Positions 27,833 to 41,930 of a DNA stretch of 64,000 bases are shown piece by piece. The position numbers and the translations under genes were made by a program. Within the stretch, counting starts at the first letter, position 1. Each line of letters starts with the position of its first letter. Source of the DNA: Mobula hypostoma (Eukaryota); NCBI RefSeq assembly GCF_963921235.1, contig NC_086108.1:14322001-14386000 (forward strand), given 5' to 3'. Under the pieces are notes generated by a model, which was not told the DNA's origin, did no database searches, and saw only the letters and a program-made list of their open reading frames with translations.

Positions 27833-29195
27833 AGTGGCATGCAAAAGTTTGGGCACCCCTGGTCAAAATTTCTGTTACTGTTAATAGTTAAGTGAGTAGA
27901 AGATGAGCTGATCTCCAAAAGTCATAAGGTTAAAGACAAAACATTCTTTTCAACATTTTAAGCAAGATTAGTGTATTATTTTGGTTTTGTACAATTTTAG
28001 AGTGAAAAAAAGGAAAGCAGCCCCATGCAAAAGTTTGGGCCAAGAGATTTGAGCTCTTTTACCAAGTTCTCAGACCTTAATTAGTTTGTTAGGGCTATGG
28101 CTTGTTCACAGTCATCATTAGGAAAGGCCAGGTGATGCAAATTTCAGAGCTTTATAAATATCCTGACTCCTCAAACTTGTCCCAACAATCAGCAGCCATG
28201 GGCTCCTCTAAGCAGCTGCCTAGCTCTCTGAAAATTAAAATAAATGATGCCCACAAAGCAGGAGAAGGCTATAAGAAAATAGCAGAGCATTTTCAGGTAG
28301 CCATTTCCTCAGTTCGTAATGTAATTAAGAAATGGCAGTTAACAGGAACAGTGGAGGCCAAGTTGAGATCTGGAAGACCAAAAAAACTTTCCAAGAGAAA
28401 GGCAAATCAAAATTCCCGTTGTACTGCAAAAGACCTTCAGCGACAACTGCACAAATATGACCTTCATGGAAGAGTCATCAGAAGAAAACCTTTCCTGCGT
28501 CCTCACCACAAAATTCAGCGTCAGAAATTTGCGAAGGAACATCTAAACAAGTCTGATGCATTTTGAAAACAAGTCCTGTGGACTGATGAAGTTAAAATAG
28601 AACTTTTTGGCCGCAATGAGCAAAAGTATGTTTGGAGAAAAAAGGGTGCAGGATTTCATGAAAAAAACACCTCTCCAACAGTTAAGCACGGGGGTGGTTC
28701 GATCATGCTTTGGGCTTGTGTTGCAGCCAGTGGCACGGGGAACATTTCACTGGTAGAGGGAAGAATGAATTTAATTAAATACCAGCAAATTCTGGAAGCA
28801 AACATCTCACTGTCTGTAAAAAAAAAAGCTGAAGATGAAAAGAGGATGGCTTCTACAACAGGATAATGATCCTAAACACACCTCAAAATCCACAATGGAC
28901 TACCTCAAGAGGCGCAAGCTGAAGGTTTTGCCATGGCTCTCACAGTCCCCTGACCTAAACATCATCGAAAATCTGTGGATAGACCTCAAAAGAGCAGTGC
29001 ATGCAAGACGGCCCAAGAATCTCACAGAACTAGAAGCCTTTTGCTAGGAAGAATGGGCAAAAATCCCCCAAACAAGAATTGTAAAAGATGGAAAAAAAAG
29101 TCATCTTGCTTAAAATATTAATGAAATGTGTCATCTTTAACTTTATGCCTTTTGAAAATCAGGTCATCTATTACTCACTTAGCTAGTCTCAGTAA
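27832..29195 (+). mobile_element. Tc1-like (IR/DR) transposon with broken transposase
   Basis: [21 protein letters not shown] and [11 protein letters not shown] motifs; CATGCAAAAGTTTGGGC repeated at 27838 and 28024; truncated right IR at 29100-29195. Confidence 0.93.
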
Positions 29196-29503
29196 AGACC
29201 ACACCTAACTGCATAGACAAACAACCAATGTGCCAATGTCATACAACACAGCACATAATAATGATGTTGTCTTTTGCAAATGGGTGTTTGTCCGTCTTGT
29301 TGAGTGCAATTTTTCACTGATGTTGGTAATCATGGTTTTTCCATGACCATGATTGTTCTTGGCAAATTTTTTCTACAGAAATGGTTTGCCATTGCCTTCT
29401 TCTGGGAATTGCCTTTACAAGACAGGTGACCCCAGCCATTATCATTATTCTTCAGAGTCTGTCTGCCTGGCGTCAGTGGTCGCATAACCAGGGCTTGTGA
29501 TAT

Positions 29504-30866
29504 CCCCTCCCCTTTCTAGATCTTTCTGTCTCTATCTCTGGAGACAGCTTATCTACTGATGTCTACTATAAGCCTACTGACTGTCACAGCTATCTGGACG
29601 ATTCCTCTTCTCACCCTGTCTCTTGCAAAAATGCCATCCCCTTCTCGCAATTCGTCCATCTCTGCCGCATCTGCTCTCAGGGTGAGGCTTTTCATTCCAG
29701 GACGAGGGAGATGTCCTCCTTGTTTATAGAAAGGGACTTCCCTTCCTCCACCATCAACTGTGCTGTCAAATGCATCTCCCCCATTTCACGCACATCTGCT
29801 CTCACTCCATCCTCCCGCCACCCCACTAGGAATAGGGTTCCCCTGGTCCTCACCTACCACCCCACCAGCCTCCGGGTCCAACATATTATTCTTCGTAACT
29901 TCTGCCACCTCCAACGGGATCCCACCACTAAGCACATCTTTCCCTCCCCACCTCTCTCTGCTCTCCGCAAGGATCGCTCCCTACGTGACTCCCTTGTCCA
30001 TTCGTCCCCCCCATCCCTCCCCACTGATCTCCCTTCAGGCACTTATCTCCCTCCTGGCACTTATCCTTGTAAGTGGAACAAGTGCTACACATGCCCTTAC
30101 ACTTCCTCCCTTACCACCATCCAGGGTCCCAGACAGTCCTTCCAGGTGAGGCAACACTTCACCTGTGAGTCGGCTGGGGTGATAAACTGCGTCCGGTGCT
30201 CCCGATGTGGCCTTCTATATATTGGCAAGACCCAACGCAGACTGGGAAATCATTTTGCTGAACACCTACTCTCTGTCTGCCAGAGAAAGCAGGATCTCCC
30301 AGTGGCCGCACATTTTAATTCCACATCCCATTCCCATTCTGACGTGTCTATCCACGGCCTCCTCTACTGTAAAGATGAAGCCACACTCAGGTTGGAGGAA
30401 CAACACCTTATATTCCGTCTGGGTAGCCTCCAACCTGATGGCATGAACATTGACTTATCTAACTTCTGCTAATGCCCCACCTCCCCCTCGTACCCCATCC
30501 ATTATTTATATACACATATTCTTTTTCTCACTCTCCTTTTTCTCCCTCTGTCCCTCTGACTATACCCCTTGCCCATCCTCTGGGTTTCCCCCCCACCCCT
30601 TTTCCTTCACCCTGGGCCTCTTGTCCCATGATCCTCTCATATCCCTTTCGCCAATCACCTGTCCAGCTCTTGGCTCCATCCCTCCCCCTCCTGTCTTCTC
30701 CTATCATTTTGAATCTCCCCCTCCCCCTCCCACTTTTAAATGTCCTACTAGCTCTTCCTTCAGTTAGGCCTGACGAAGGGTCTCGACCCGAAACGTCGAC
30801 TGTACCTCTTCCTAGAAATGCTGCCTGGCCTGCTGCGTTCACCAGCAACTTTGATGTGTGTTGCTT
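29504..30866 (+). mobile_element. Penelope-like element (RT C-terminus, GIY-YIG endonuclease, pLTR)
   Basis: FLDLSVS...YYKPTD...IPFSQF RT motifs; ORF 29711-30472 with GVINCVRCSRCGLLYIGKT; hammerhead motif at 30766-30801; GCTTGTGATAT repeated at 29493 and 30863. Confidence 0.92.
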
Positions 30867-32539
30867 GTGATATGCAGCAGCTGCTCATACAACCATCCAC
30901 CACCTGTTCCTATGGCTTCATGTGACCTTGATCAGGAGTGGAGGAGGGGGGAAGCTAAGCTGGTGCTATACCTTGCCAAAGTGTGACCTGTAAGCTAACA
31001 GAGGGAAGGAGGGCCTTGCACCTCCCTTGGTGGAGATGTAGCTCCACGCTACGCCAAAAGATAACAAATTGTGTGAATACAAAAGAAATAATAACAATAA
31101 TAATGATGATAAATAAGTAATAAATATTGAGATATGAGATGAAGAGTCCTTGAAAGTCAGTCCATAGGTTATGGGATCAGTTCAGTGATGAGGTGAGTGA
31201 CGTTATCTCCTCTGGTTCAAGAGCCTGATGGCTAAGGGGTGATAACTGTTCCTGAACCTGGTGGCGTGGGTTCTGAGGCTCCTTTACCATCTTCCTGATG
31301 ACAGCAGTGAGAATAAAGCATAGCCTTGGATGGTGGGGGTCCTTAAAGACTGCCTTCCTGCAAGAGCACTTCATGTAGATATCCTCCAATATACCCCCTC
31401 TGAGTGCAGCTGGTGATATTGTCCCTGATTAATAACGTATCTCCACCACCCCTTTTATGTCCTTCTCTAACTTTACTAAAACATCAAAACACTGGAAAAT
31501 AAAGCTTACAGCCTCATCTGGAACCATAATGTCTCAGGGGAAATCAATAGTGGTTTCCGCTCATTAATAGAGTATGGTTGCACACTCTTCCAAACTGTAT
31601 GAGAGACCGAGATCATTTTCTCAATGACCAAAGTATGAATATTCCTCAGTCCCAGATGGCTATCGAGCTATCACCTGAATTTTATTATAATATTCCAAAT
31701 CTGTAAGTCATTCCAGAAAGCTATTCAGTAAACTTTCACCCTGTAACTCACAGGTGTCTTTTATTCTGTGTATATAGTGCCTGGACTTCACATTCCAAAC
31801 ATGTGTTAGTTGTTGTTTAATTGGTTGCATTCCTCTTACATTTGGCTGCATGTTCAAATCCCAATCCAGAGATGTGATCACAGATCACTTCAGTGCTATG
31901 TTGACCTGTCCTCTCAGGAGATTAGAAACATAGAAAACCTACAGCACAACACAGGCCCTTTGGCCCACAAAGTTGTGCCGAACATGTCCCTACCCTAGAA
32001 ATAACTCGGCTTACTTATCCTCCGTCGCTCCAAGGAGGAAAGGCTGAGTTCACTCAACCTATTCTCATAAGGCATGCTCCCCAATCCAGGCAACATCCTT
32101 GTAAATCTCCTCTGCACCTTTTCTGGCTTCCACATCCTTCCTGTAGTGAGGCGACCAGAACTGAGCACAGTATTCCAAGTGGGGTCTGACCAGGGTCCTA
32201 TATAGATTGTAAAGATCTTTGACACTGTCAAAAGACTGTGAGAACTTGAGGACCAAATGTGTTGAGTACTTGCATGTATTTGTGAGAATTGTAGATTCCA
32301 AATTTCTTAGTATCATCTGGGCAACCCAGAGTGCCAAGGGCCTGGATGGAATTTGTGTAGTGTGACCTAGACAGTTTCCTATTACAATATGTAGAGGAAC
32401 ATACACGAAGAGAAAAGCTAACATCACACATGGCCGTGATGCTTCACTCTCATATTAGTTCACCTTTTATGCACACTTTGAAAGGGAGAATAAAACTACA
32501 CCTGTGGCTGCCAGGTACGCCACTGGGGCCTGGCAGTTC

Positions 32540-33047
32540 TGGCGACCCTGAGAAATCTGTCGCAGGGGCAGACATCAGAACAGCTTTCAAGAGGGTGAAC
32601 CCTCACAAGGAGTCGGGCCCTGATGGTGCACCTGGCAGGGCTCTGAAAACCTGTGCCAACCAACTGGCTAGAGTGTTCAAAGACATCTTCAATCTCTTAC
32701 TGCAGCAGATGGAGGTTCCCATTTGCTTCAGAAGGGAATATATCACACTGGTGCCCAAGAAGAGCAGAGTGAGCTGCCTCAGTGACTATCGTCACTTTGA
32801 CAGATTGATCATGGTCAGAATCAACTCCTGCCTAAGCAAGGACCTGGACCTGCAGCAACTTCCCTATTGCCACAATAGGTCTACGTCAGATGCAATCTCA
32901 TTGGCTCTCCGGTTAGCGTTGGACCATCTGAACAACAATGTCAGGGTGCTGTTTATTGATTACAGCTCAGCGTTCAACACTATCACCCCCTCAGTACTAT
33001 TCAATAAGCTACAAAAACCATCAAACAAACCTTCAAAACCACTGTAG
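32540..33047 (+). mobile_element. Rex1/Babar-like LINE RT fragment
   Basis: KESGPDG...LKTCANQLA...VRVLFIDYSSAFNTI. Confidence 0.85.
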
Positions 33048-34004
33048 GAGTGGAAATTGTGTGAGTGAATGGTGGTAGATTGGTCAGGGCTTTGGCTCAA
33101 CAGGCTTGGGCAAGAACAGACAGTGGTTCTAAATAAGTTTCTAGTAAGTTCTTTTTCTTTCTTTGTCTATTAGTAACATAGGTAGTGAACTGAGAATGGA
33201 CCCAGAGTTAGTGGTATGTTCTTAGTGTGAGATGTGGGAACTCTGGGAGACTTCCAGTTTCCCTGATAACTATGAATATCTGCATGAAGTAGGCTGAGCT
33301 GCAGTCCGATGACCTTTGGGTCGTACAGGAGAATGAGGAGGTGATAGATAGGAGCTACAGGGAAGTAGCCACCCATAAGTTGCAGGACGCAGGTACCTGG
33401 GTGACTGTCAGGAGAGTGAAGGGAATAAGCGCCAGTGCAGAGTACCCCTGTGGCAGATTGCATGAATATTAAATATACAGCTTTGGATACTGTTGAGTGG
33501 GGGTGGCGGGGTGGGGGGCAGGGGGCAGGGGGATAACCTGCCAGCAAACAGCCGCAGGAGCAGTTCTCTGGCACTGTTGCTTGGAAGGGAGGGGAAGAAT
33601 CAGAGAGCAATAGTGATAGGGGATTCTGTGGACATGAAAAAGAAACCCGGATGGTATTCACCTCCCAGGTGCCAGGATCAGAGATATCTCGGATCAGGTT
33701 CATAGCATGCTAAAGGGGGAGGGTCAGTAGCCAGATGACATATTGGTACCAGTGACAGAAGCAGGAAAACAGATTCAAAGTACATTTGTTACCAATGTAC
33801 TAGCAGGGAAGACAGCAGAACAGCTGTCGCATTGAGTATTAAATATACTCAATGACTTGGCCCCCACAGCCATTTGTGGCCATGAGTTCCACAGATTCAC
33901 CATTCTCTTGCTAAAGAATTTCTTCTCTTCTCTAGAGGAAGTTCCTCTATCCTGAGGCTGTGCCCTCTGGCTTTAGACTCATCTACTCTTGGCAGCCTCA
34001 GCTT

Positions 34005-34323
34005 TGTCAGAAAAATCAGAGAAGTCTTGACCCAAATACAGCACAGCAGAGGTGATTTAGTGGTGGGCAATCACTTTAATAATAAACTGGAAAATAACAA
34101 GCCACAAGGGGTCACAGAACAAGAGGGAATGGATACTTAACACAACAAGGTAACTAAAGGCTAGGATCAATTAGTTCAGATTGGCTGGTTAGTGTTAGTG
34201 TACAAGGATTGTGGATGAGAGCTAGGTTTAAATAGGCTGCAGGAGATGTGTTGGAAATGAGTGGCAGGTGACTCCTTTTAGCTGGGTGGAGACTGGGAGT
34301 TGCATGCCTGTGCAGGCCTGACA
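34005..34323. mobile_element. Probable solo LTR inserted in a CR1
   Basis: TGTCAG...CTGACA termini; interrupts a minus-strand CR1. Confidence 0.5.
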
Positions 34324-36149
34324 CTCTCCACATCCAATCAGTCTAGCCCTTTTAATATGAGATAGGTTTCAATGAGATCGCCTCCTGATTCTTCTAAATT
34401 CCAGTGAGTACTGGTCAAAAGCCATCAAACTCTTCTCATATGTTAACACTTTCGTTCCCAGAATCATTCTCATGAACTTCCTCTGGACCCTCTCCAATGC
34501 CAGCACATCTTTTCATCGATGATGGCAAAAAAATACAATACTCCAAGTGCAGTCTGACCCAATATCTTATAAGGCCCCAGCATTACATCCTTGCTCTTAT
34601 ATTGTAATCCTCTCAAAATGAGTTCTAACATTGCATTTGCCTTCCTCGCGACAGTTTAATCTACAAATGAAACTTTGGGAAATCCTGCATGAGGACTCCC
34701 AAGTCCCTTTGCATTTAGTTTTTTTTTATTTTTATCCCATTTAGAAAATACTCTACGCTTTTATTCCTGCATGACCATACACTTCTCAACACTGTATAGC
34801 CTTCTATAGCCTCTCCAAACACTTGTGAATCCTGCACAATAATGTGCAAAACTCACTGGTCTAGAATTCCCAGGATAATCCTTTTTACATCTTGAATAAT
34901 GGAACATTTGTCATTCTCCAATCCTGTTGTACCACTCCTGTGGTCAGGGAAAATGCAGTGATCATCATCAATGCCCCAGCAATCTCTTCCCTTGCTTTCT
35001 GCTGTAACCTGGGTTATATCTGACCAGCCCCAGGGATTTATGTACCCTCATATTTCAGAGCACCTGGATAACAGCAATACATATAACATGCTACTGTTTA
35101 TTGATTACACCTTGGCATTCAATACCATCATCCCCTCAGTGCTAATCAATAAGCTTCAAAACCGAGGCCTTACCCTCTGTTCTGTCAGATTACTAAAGGG
35201 TCCGTGAACCCATGCAAGCTGCTATGCTGTTCCTCTTTACACTTTTTATTTATTTATTTGTTTTTGTAACTCACGGTAATTTTTATTTTTTGCACTGTGT
35301 CATTGTTCCCCAAGTAAATACTTTCGAATGACATCAGCACCTATCCTAAAACATGGCTATTATTGTGTACTTAATATTTCAGTAATATCTGAGTAATATT
35401 GTAAATATATTGTTTGTTTAAGCATTCTTTGTTGTTTACATTATTCATTACGGGTTATATGTAAAAGTACGTGAATAGCATACGACATTGCACCACCACA
35501 CCTCTCTAAAGTAAAACAAAATGTACATGAGTTATCGCCAGCTCCTGTGTTTTTCTTTCAATTTGTTTTGCAGTTACAAAGCCTAACAGCTATGCTAAAG
35601 GTGGATGAGTTGTGATCAATATCTCCAAGATGCTTGCACTCTGAGAGGTCTGTCATCTGACAGCATTCATTGTCTAGTACCAGATCCAGTATGACCTCTC
35701 CTCTGGTCGGCCCAACAAATTCTGCCCCATCTAAATCTTTTGCACTCAGGAGCTGCCAATCAATATAAGGAATTTAGTCACCCTTAACAACAACCATTCC
35801 AAATTCTGTCTATTTAACTACTCAATGTCCTGGTGGCTATTTGGAGGGGTGGGGGTACTCCCAATAGAGTGATTACTCCTTTCCTGTTTCTGACTTCCAC
35901 TCACATTGACTCCCATTGATAATGATCCCTTTCTGACTTTCTGCCCCTCTGATTCGCAATACAATCTCAACCTTTCCTCCCTGTGTTCTTAACCTTCCTC
36001 CCTATACCTTTTGAAATATCGAAACGCCAGAACATCAGGCAGCCAATCCTACCCTTTACACCAACTGCTCCATCTGACCTATTACTCTGGTTCCCATCCC
36101 AAACCTGTTCATAAGGATATTAGACCCTTTTGAGTTCAGTGTAACCCGT

Positions 36150-37600
36150 CCCTTTTGTACAGATCATACTTTCTGATCGCCTGTGAGAATATGTGCGCAG
36201 GTGCATGGCAGTTGATTGATCATGCAGTGTATCAATTTGGCCCTCTCTGTTCATGTGGGCTTTTGAGTGTGCATGGTTTTTGTCTCAGTGGCAATGTTCT
36301 AATTTGTAATGACCAGTATGCGCAAAAATCTTGTGCTGTGTAATTTTTTGCACTGAATTTTATATAAAGAGACATTCATTTTAACAGCTAGCAAATCACT
36401 GTCAATAAGAACTTTGATCTCCTCTGGGTTTGATCATTTTCGCTCCCATTCATCAGTACTCTCACAAAACATACATAGCAGGCCTGTAGCAGGTAACGAA
36501 TGATTTTTTCGCCGGAGCTTTTGCACACTTTCCTTGCTAAATGACATGATTTGTTTGCTAAATGACGTTTTAAAAAGTCAAGTTTCCAAATATCACTCCA
36601 CTTCTTCCCACTTGCCAATTCTCCAGCAACTTTTGCATTGCGACAATACATACAGGTAACACCAGTTTCTGTATTGTACATAAATATTTCTCATAGCTGC
36701 ACGTTCCTGACCTCATGAGCTTCCGGTGTAGCAGTTTCATTAAGCCGTTCCGCTTTAAATGAACTAATGAAGGGAGGGTCAGACACCCTGAGCCAATAGA
36801 CTGGTCCTGGACTTATTTTCCATCTGGCATAGTTTGCATTTTGTTATTTGATTGTTTGTTGTTTTTGTATTGCTATATTTATGCTCTATTCTTGGTTGGT
36901 GCGGTTGTAACGAAACCCAATTTCCCTCGGGATCAATAAAGTATATCTATCTATCCATCTATAGCAATTCTTTTGTGATTCACACTCTCTTGCTCTGGAA
37001 TTCCACATGGTGAATCAATGGTTTCTTCATTAAAAACAGTATAAATAAAAAAGGAAAGGTACGTCGCGTCTGGAGTTTCTCCGGTTAATGGACGATCTCC
37101 CTCCATGCTTCTCTGACGTAGTGGGGAACCACGTACAAGGCAAGTTACAGCAGTTGTTTGCTACTGCCTCCTGCCGGGTGAGCTTCCAAAGAGATCACCA
37201 GCTCGTAACCCAGCACAGATGGAAAGCGTGCAGGGGAGCTGGCTGGATTCGAACTCGGGACCTTTCATCCTGAAGTCTGGCATTGATGCCACTACGCCAC
37301 CATCTGAGTCAGTATAAATAAGCCGGTTCTAAAATCCGCAGACAAATCATCACAAACTCCATGTTGTCAACACCGCCTGCATCAGAAACTGGAAAAGGGG
37401 AATGTGATTGTGTACGATTGTGAAATACACTAAACATGCAAACAAGCACACCTTAGAGTTATCCAGGGTGTACCATGGCTTACACGAATCAATAAAAACG
37501 TTTAATCTGCCTAATGCATTCTTGCTCCACGCATACATAACACCTTCCCCATAAGTAATCCCAGTTATCCACAAATCTGAATGTATACTAACTCTTCACC
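36150..37600 (-). mobile_element. hAT transposase N-terminal remnant with nested SINE
   Basis: CMYC...WKLDFLKRH zinc-finger-like remnant (36388-36681); SINE 37049-37309 with 12-bp TSD CAGTATAAATAA. Confidence 0.55.
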
Positions 37601-38399
37601 TACACATTCATTGGCCATATTTTCCTAATCTTACCCTCACTGGAGTATAGCACAGGCAGCAAGCTAAAGATTATTATCCTTGAGGTTCTGCTTTTTAGCT
37701 TCCTACCTAACACCCTCTTCAGGAGCTCACCTCTTTTCCTAACTATGTTGTTGGTACCAATGTGCACCAGTATTTATGGCTGCTCACGACTCCACCCCCC
37801 CCCCCCACCCCTAGGAGTGTTGTGGTCTTGATCTGAGATACCTCTGATGCTAGCATCTGGAAGGCAGCATAAAAACTGGGAGTTTCAATCTTGCTCACAA
37901 AATCACCTTTTTGTAACTAATGAATCCCCTATCTATATCAATACTGCTCTCTTCTCCCCCCCTACCTTTTTCCTTTCTGAGCTACAGAGCTGGACACATT
38001 GCCAGAGACCTGGCTGCTGTGGCTTTTCCATGTGGGGGTCATCCTCCCAACAGTATTCAAAGCGGCACACTTGTGATTAAGGGGAGCAGCCACTGGGGTA
38101 CCTTACACTGACTGCCTATTCTATTTCCATCTCCTGACTGTCCACTATGGCTCTTATCATTTTGTACACCTCTATCGAGTCACCTCTTATCCTTCAGCGC
38201 TCCAAACAGAAAACCCCTAGCTCACTCAACCTCATAAGACCCTAATTTAGCCAATTCTGAAACCACCTCATCAGTTCACCCTGAATCCCACATAATGCAA
38301 CCTTCCAGATCATAGAGACAACGTCCAATGCCCTACCTTCATCTATCCCCTAAAATACAGTTACCTGTATCCTACCACCTTGGTGTGACTGCTTCTCCA

Positions 38400-41300
38400 T
38401 TACTCCTGTTTGATCAAATCCCCAAGGCCTGACCAAGTGCACTCCCCAGAGACTAGAGAAGAAATTGCAGAGGTGCTTATAGAGATATTTACTTCTTCAT
38501 TAGCCACTGGTGAACTTCCAGATACTGGAGGGTGGTTAATGTTGTTCAAGAACAGTAGCAATGACAGGCCAGTTGTTGTGAAGTTACAGCAGGGAAATCT
38601 GAGGGACAATATTTACCATCACTCAGGTAGTCAGGGCCTGATCAGGAATAATCAGCATGATTTTGTGCATGGAAGGTCAAGCTTGAATGCTTTGGAGTTT
38701 TTCAGAGTTATTTAAGGGGATAGATGAAGGTAGGGCATTGGACGTTGTCTCTATGATCTGGAAGGTTGCATTATGTGGGATTCAGGGTGAACTGGTGAGG
38801 TGGTTTCAGAATTGGCTAAATTAGGGTCTTATGAGGATAGGTTGAGTGAGCTAGGGGTTTTCTGTTTGGAGCGCTGAAGGATAAGAGGTGACTCTATAGA
38901 GGTGTACAAAATGATAAGAGCCATAGTGGACAGTCGTGGCCCGTGGGCTTTTCTCACAAGGCAGAAATGGCTAAAATGAGGGGCCAAAATATTAAAATCT
39001 GGAGGAAAGTGTAGAGGGGATGTCAGAATTAGGTTTTTTTTACACAGAGTGGTTAAGTGTATGGAACATGCTAATAGGGGTGGTGGTAGAAGAAAATATG
39101 AGTTTTTCAAGGAGGTTACCAGGAAAATTGATGAAGGCAAGGCAGTGGATGTTGTCTGCATGGACTTCAGCAGGGCATTTGACAAGGACCCACATGAGAG
39201 GTTGGTCAAGAAGGTTCAGTCGCTTGGCATTCAACATGATGTGTTAGACATTGGATTAGACATTGGCTTTAAGGGAGAAGTCAGAGAGTGGTAGCAGACA
39301 GTTGCCTCTCTGTCTGGAGGGCTGTGACTAGTGGAGTGTCGCAGGGATCAGTGCTGGGTCTGTTGTGTTTGTCATGATAATGTGGTTAACTGGATCAGCA
39401 AATTTACAGATGCCACCAATTTTAATGGATAGCAAGGAAGACGATCAAAGCTGACAGCAGGACCTAGAACAGCTGGAAAAATGGGTTAAAAGTGTCAGTG
39501 GGCAGGTATTGCACATTGGGAGGGCCAGCCTGGGTTAGCGGTAGAGCACTGAGGAGTGTGGTAGAACAAAGGGATCTGAGAATACAGGCATCACATAGGG
39601 TCATAAAGAAAGCTTTTGGCACATTGGCATTCATAATAGAAGCAGTGAGTACAGGAGATGGAATGTTATCTTGAAGTTGCATAAGGTGTTGATGAGGCCT
39701 AGTGTGGAATATTGTGTACAGTTTTGGTCACCTACTTACAGGAAAGATGTAAATAAGGTTAAAAGAGTACGGAAAAAAATTACAAGGATGTTGCTGGGAC
39801 TGGAGGACCTGAGTTATAAGGAACTCAGGTTAGAAAGGTTAAAAGGTTAGAACTTTATTCCCTAGAACATAGTAGATTGAGAGGGAGATTTGATAAAGAG
39901 GCATAGATAAGGTAAATACAAGCAGGGATTCTCCACTGAGAGGCTACAACTAGAGGTCATAGGTTAAGGGTGAAAGGTGAAATGTTTAAGGGGAACATGA
40001 TGGGAAACTACTTCTGTCAGAGGATGGTGAGAGTGTGGAACGAGTTGCCAGCACAAGTGGTGGATGTGATTTCGATTTCAATGTTTAAGAGAAGTTTGGG
40101 TAAGATGGGAGGGGTATGGAAAGCTATGATCCTGGTGCAGGTCGATGAGACTAAGCAGTCTACATGGTTCAACATGGAGTAGATGGGACAAAGGGCCTGT
40201 TTCTGTGTTGTAGTTTTCTATGACCGTGGATGAAAGGAGACTGGAGGTCTATGTGGGAGGGAAGAGTTAGGTTGATCGTAGGTTAAATGGTCAGTACAAC
40301 ATCGTGGGCCAAAGTGATAGTGAAGCAGGTAACAACGAATTGCAAACAACTTGAATAGATAAGAGAGATGGAAATTTGTGGATAACAGCAAGATTGGGGT
40401 GTAGTGAACAGTGAGGAGGCTATCAAAGCTTGCAGCGGGGTCTGGACCAGCTGGAAAAATGGCAGAGGTGCTGCACTTTGGGAGGACAAACCAGCATAGG
40501 ACTGACACAGTGAATGAAAGGGCACTGAAGTGTGTGGTTGAACAGAGGGATATGGGAATACAATTCATAACTCATTGAAAATGTAATTACAGGTCATAAA
40601 GAAAGCTTTTGCTATGTTGGATCAAAGTATTGAGTACAAGAATTTGGTTGTTATGTTGAAGTTGTACAAGACATTGGTGAGGCCTTATTTGGAGTACTGT
40701 GTTATAGGAAACATGTAAATAAGATTAAACGAATACAGAGAATATTTACATAGGTTGTTTCCTAGACTTGAAGATCTGAGTTACTTAATCTGAGAATTTT
40801 ATTCCCAGGAGCATAGGAAAATGAGGAAAGCTTCGAAAGCGATATACAAAATGATGAAGGGTATAGCTGTGGTAAATGCAAGCAGGTTTTTTCCACTCAG
40901 GTAGGGTAAGTCTTGAACTAGAGGTCATAGGTTTAGGGTGAAAGTGGAAATATTTAAGGGGAACATGAGTGGAAACAACTTCACTCAGAGGGTGGTGAAA
41001 GTGAGGAACAAGCTACCAGTAATAGGTGCAAGTTCAATTTCAACAATTAAGAGAAGTTTAGAAATGCACATGGTTGGGAGGTAGTGAGAAAGAGCTCTGG
41101 TCCATGTGCAAGTAGATAGAACTAGGCAGAATAACAGTTTGGCACTGACTAGATGGGCTGAAGAGTCTGTTTCTGGTGCTGAGGTACTCTAATGGCCTGA
41201 GGAACGGCAAATAGATTCTAAGGTAAATAAGGGTGAGTTGAAGCATCTTGAACATTGAAATGAATGAATGTCTGGCCATTGACAAGTGTTGTGGAATAGT

Positions 41301-41930
41301 GAGACACTGAGGTACAACTGCACAGTTTGCTGAATGCAGATTCAGAAGTCAACAGAGTGGGGAAGAATGCAGTAGCATGCTGTTTTTCATTTATCAGGAC
41401 ATTGTTTAGGAGTGGAGACATTAAGTTTTGGTCACCTTGTTATAGGAAAACATTATCAAGCTAGAGAGGGTACAGAAGTGATTTACAAGGATGCTGCTTG
41501 GACTCAAGAGCCTGAGTTCAGGGAGAGGTTGTCCATGCTGGCTTTATATTTATTCTTTGGAGTGCAGGAGAATAAAGAGAATTCTATAAAATCGTGTGGG
41601 GTATGGATAAGATGGACAGTCAAAGTCTTTTCCCCAGACCTAGGGTATCCAAAACTAGAGGGCACAGATACAAGATAGGAGTGGAGAGGTTTAAAACAGT
41701 CCTGACAGGCAACTTCTTTACACAGAGGGTAGTGAATACTTGGAGTTTTCTGCCAGTGGAAGTGGTCAAGGCAGGTACAATTGCAAGATTTGAGACTCTA
41801 TCGGGGAGGTATCTGGAATGGGGGAACTTGAATGGTTTGGGCCGAATGCAGGCAAATGGGAGTAGCATGAGAATGTTCCGGTTGGTGTGGATCAATTGGG
41901 CTGACGGTCCTGTTTCCATGCTCTATAAGG
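38400..41930 (+). mobile_element. Tandem pile of decayed CR1-type LINE fragments
   Basis: Repeated DFSRAFDK, FFTQRVV and LQQDLEQL motifs. Confidence 0.85.
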
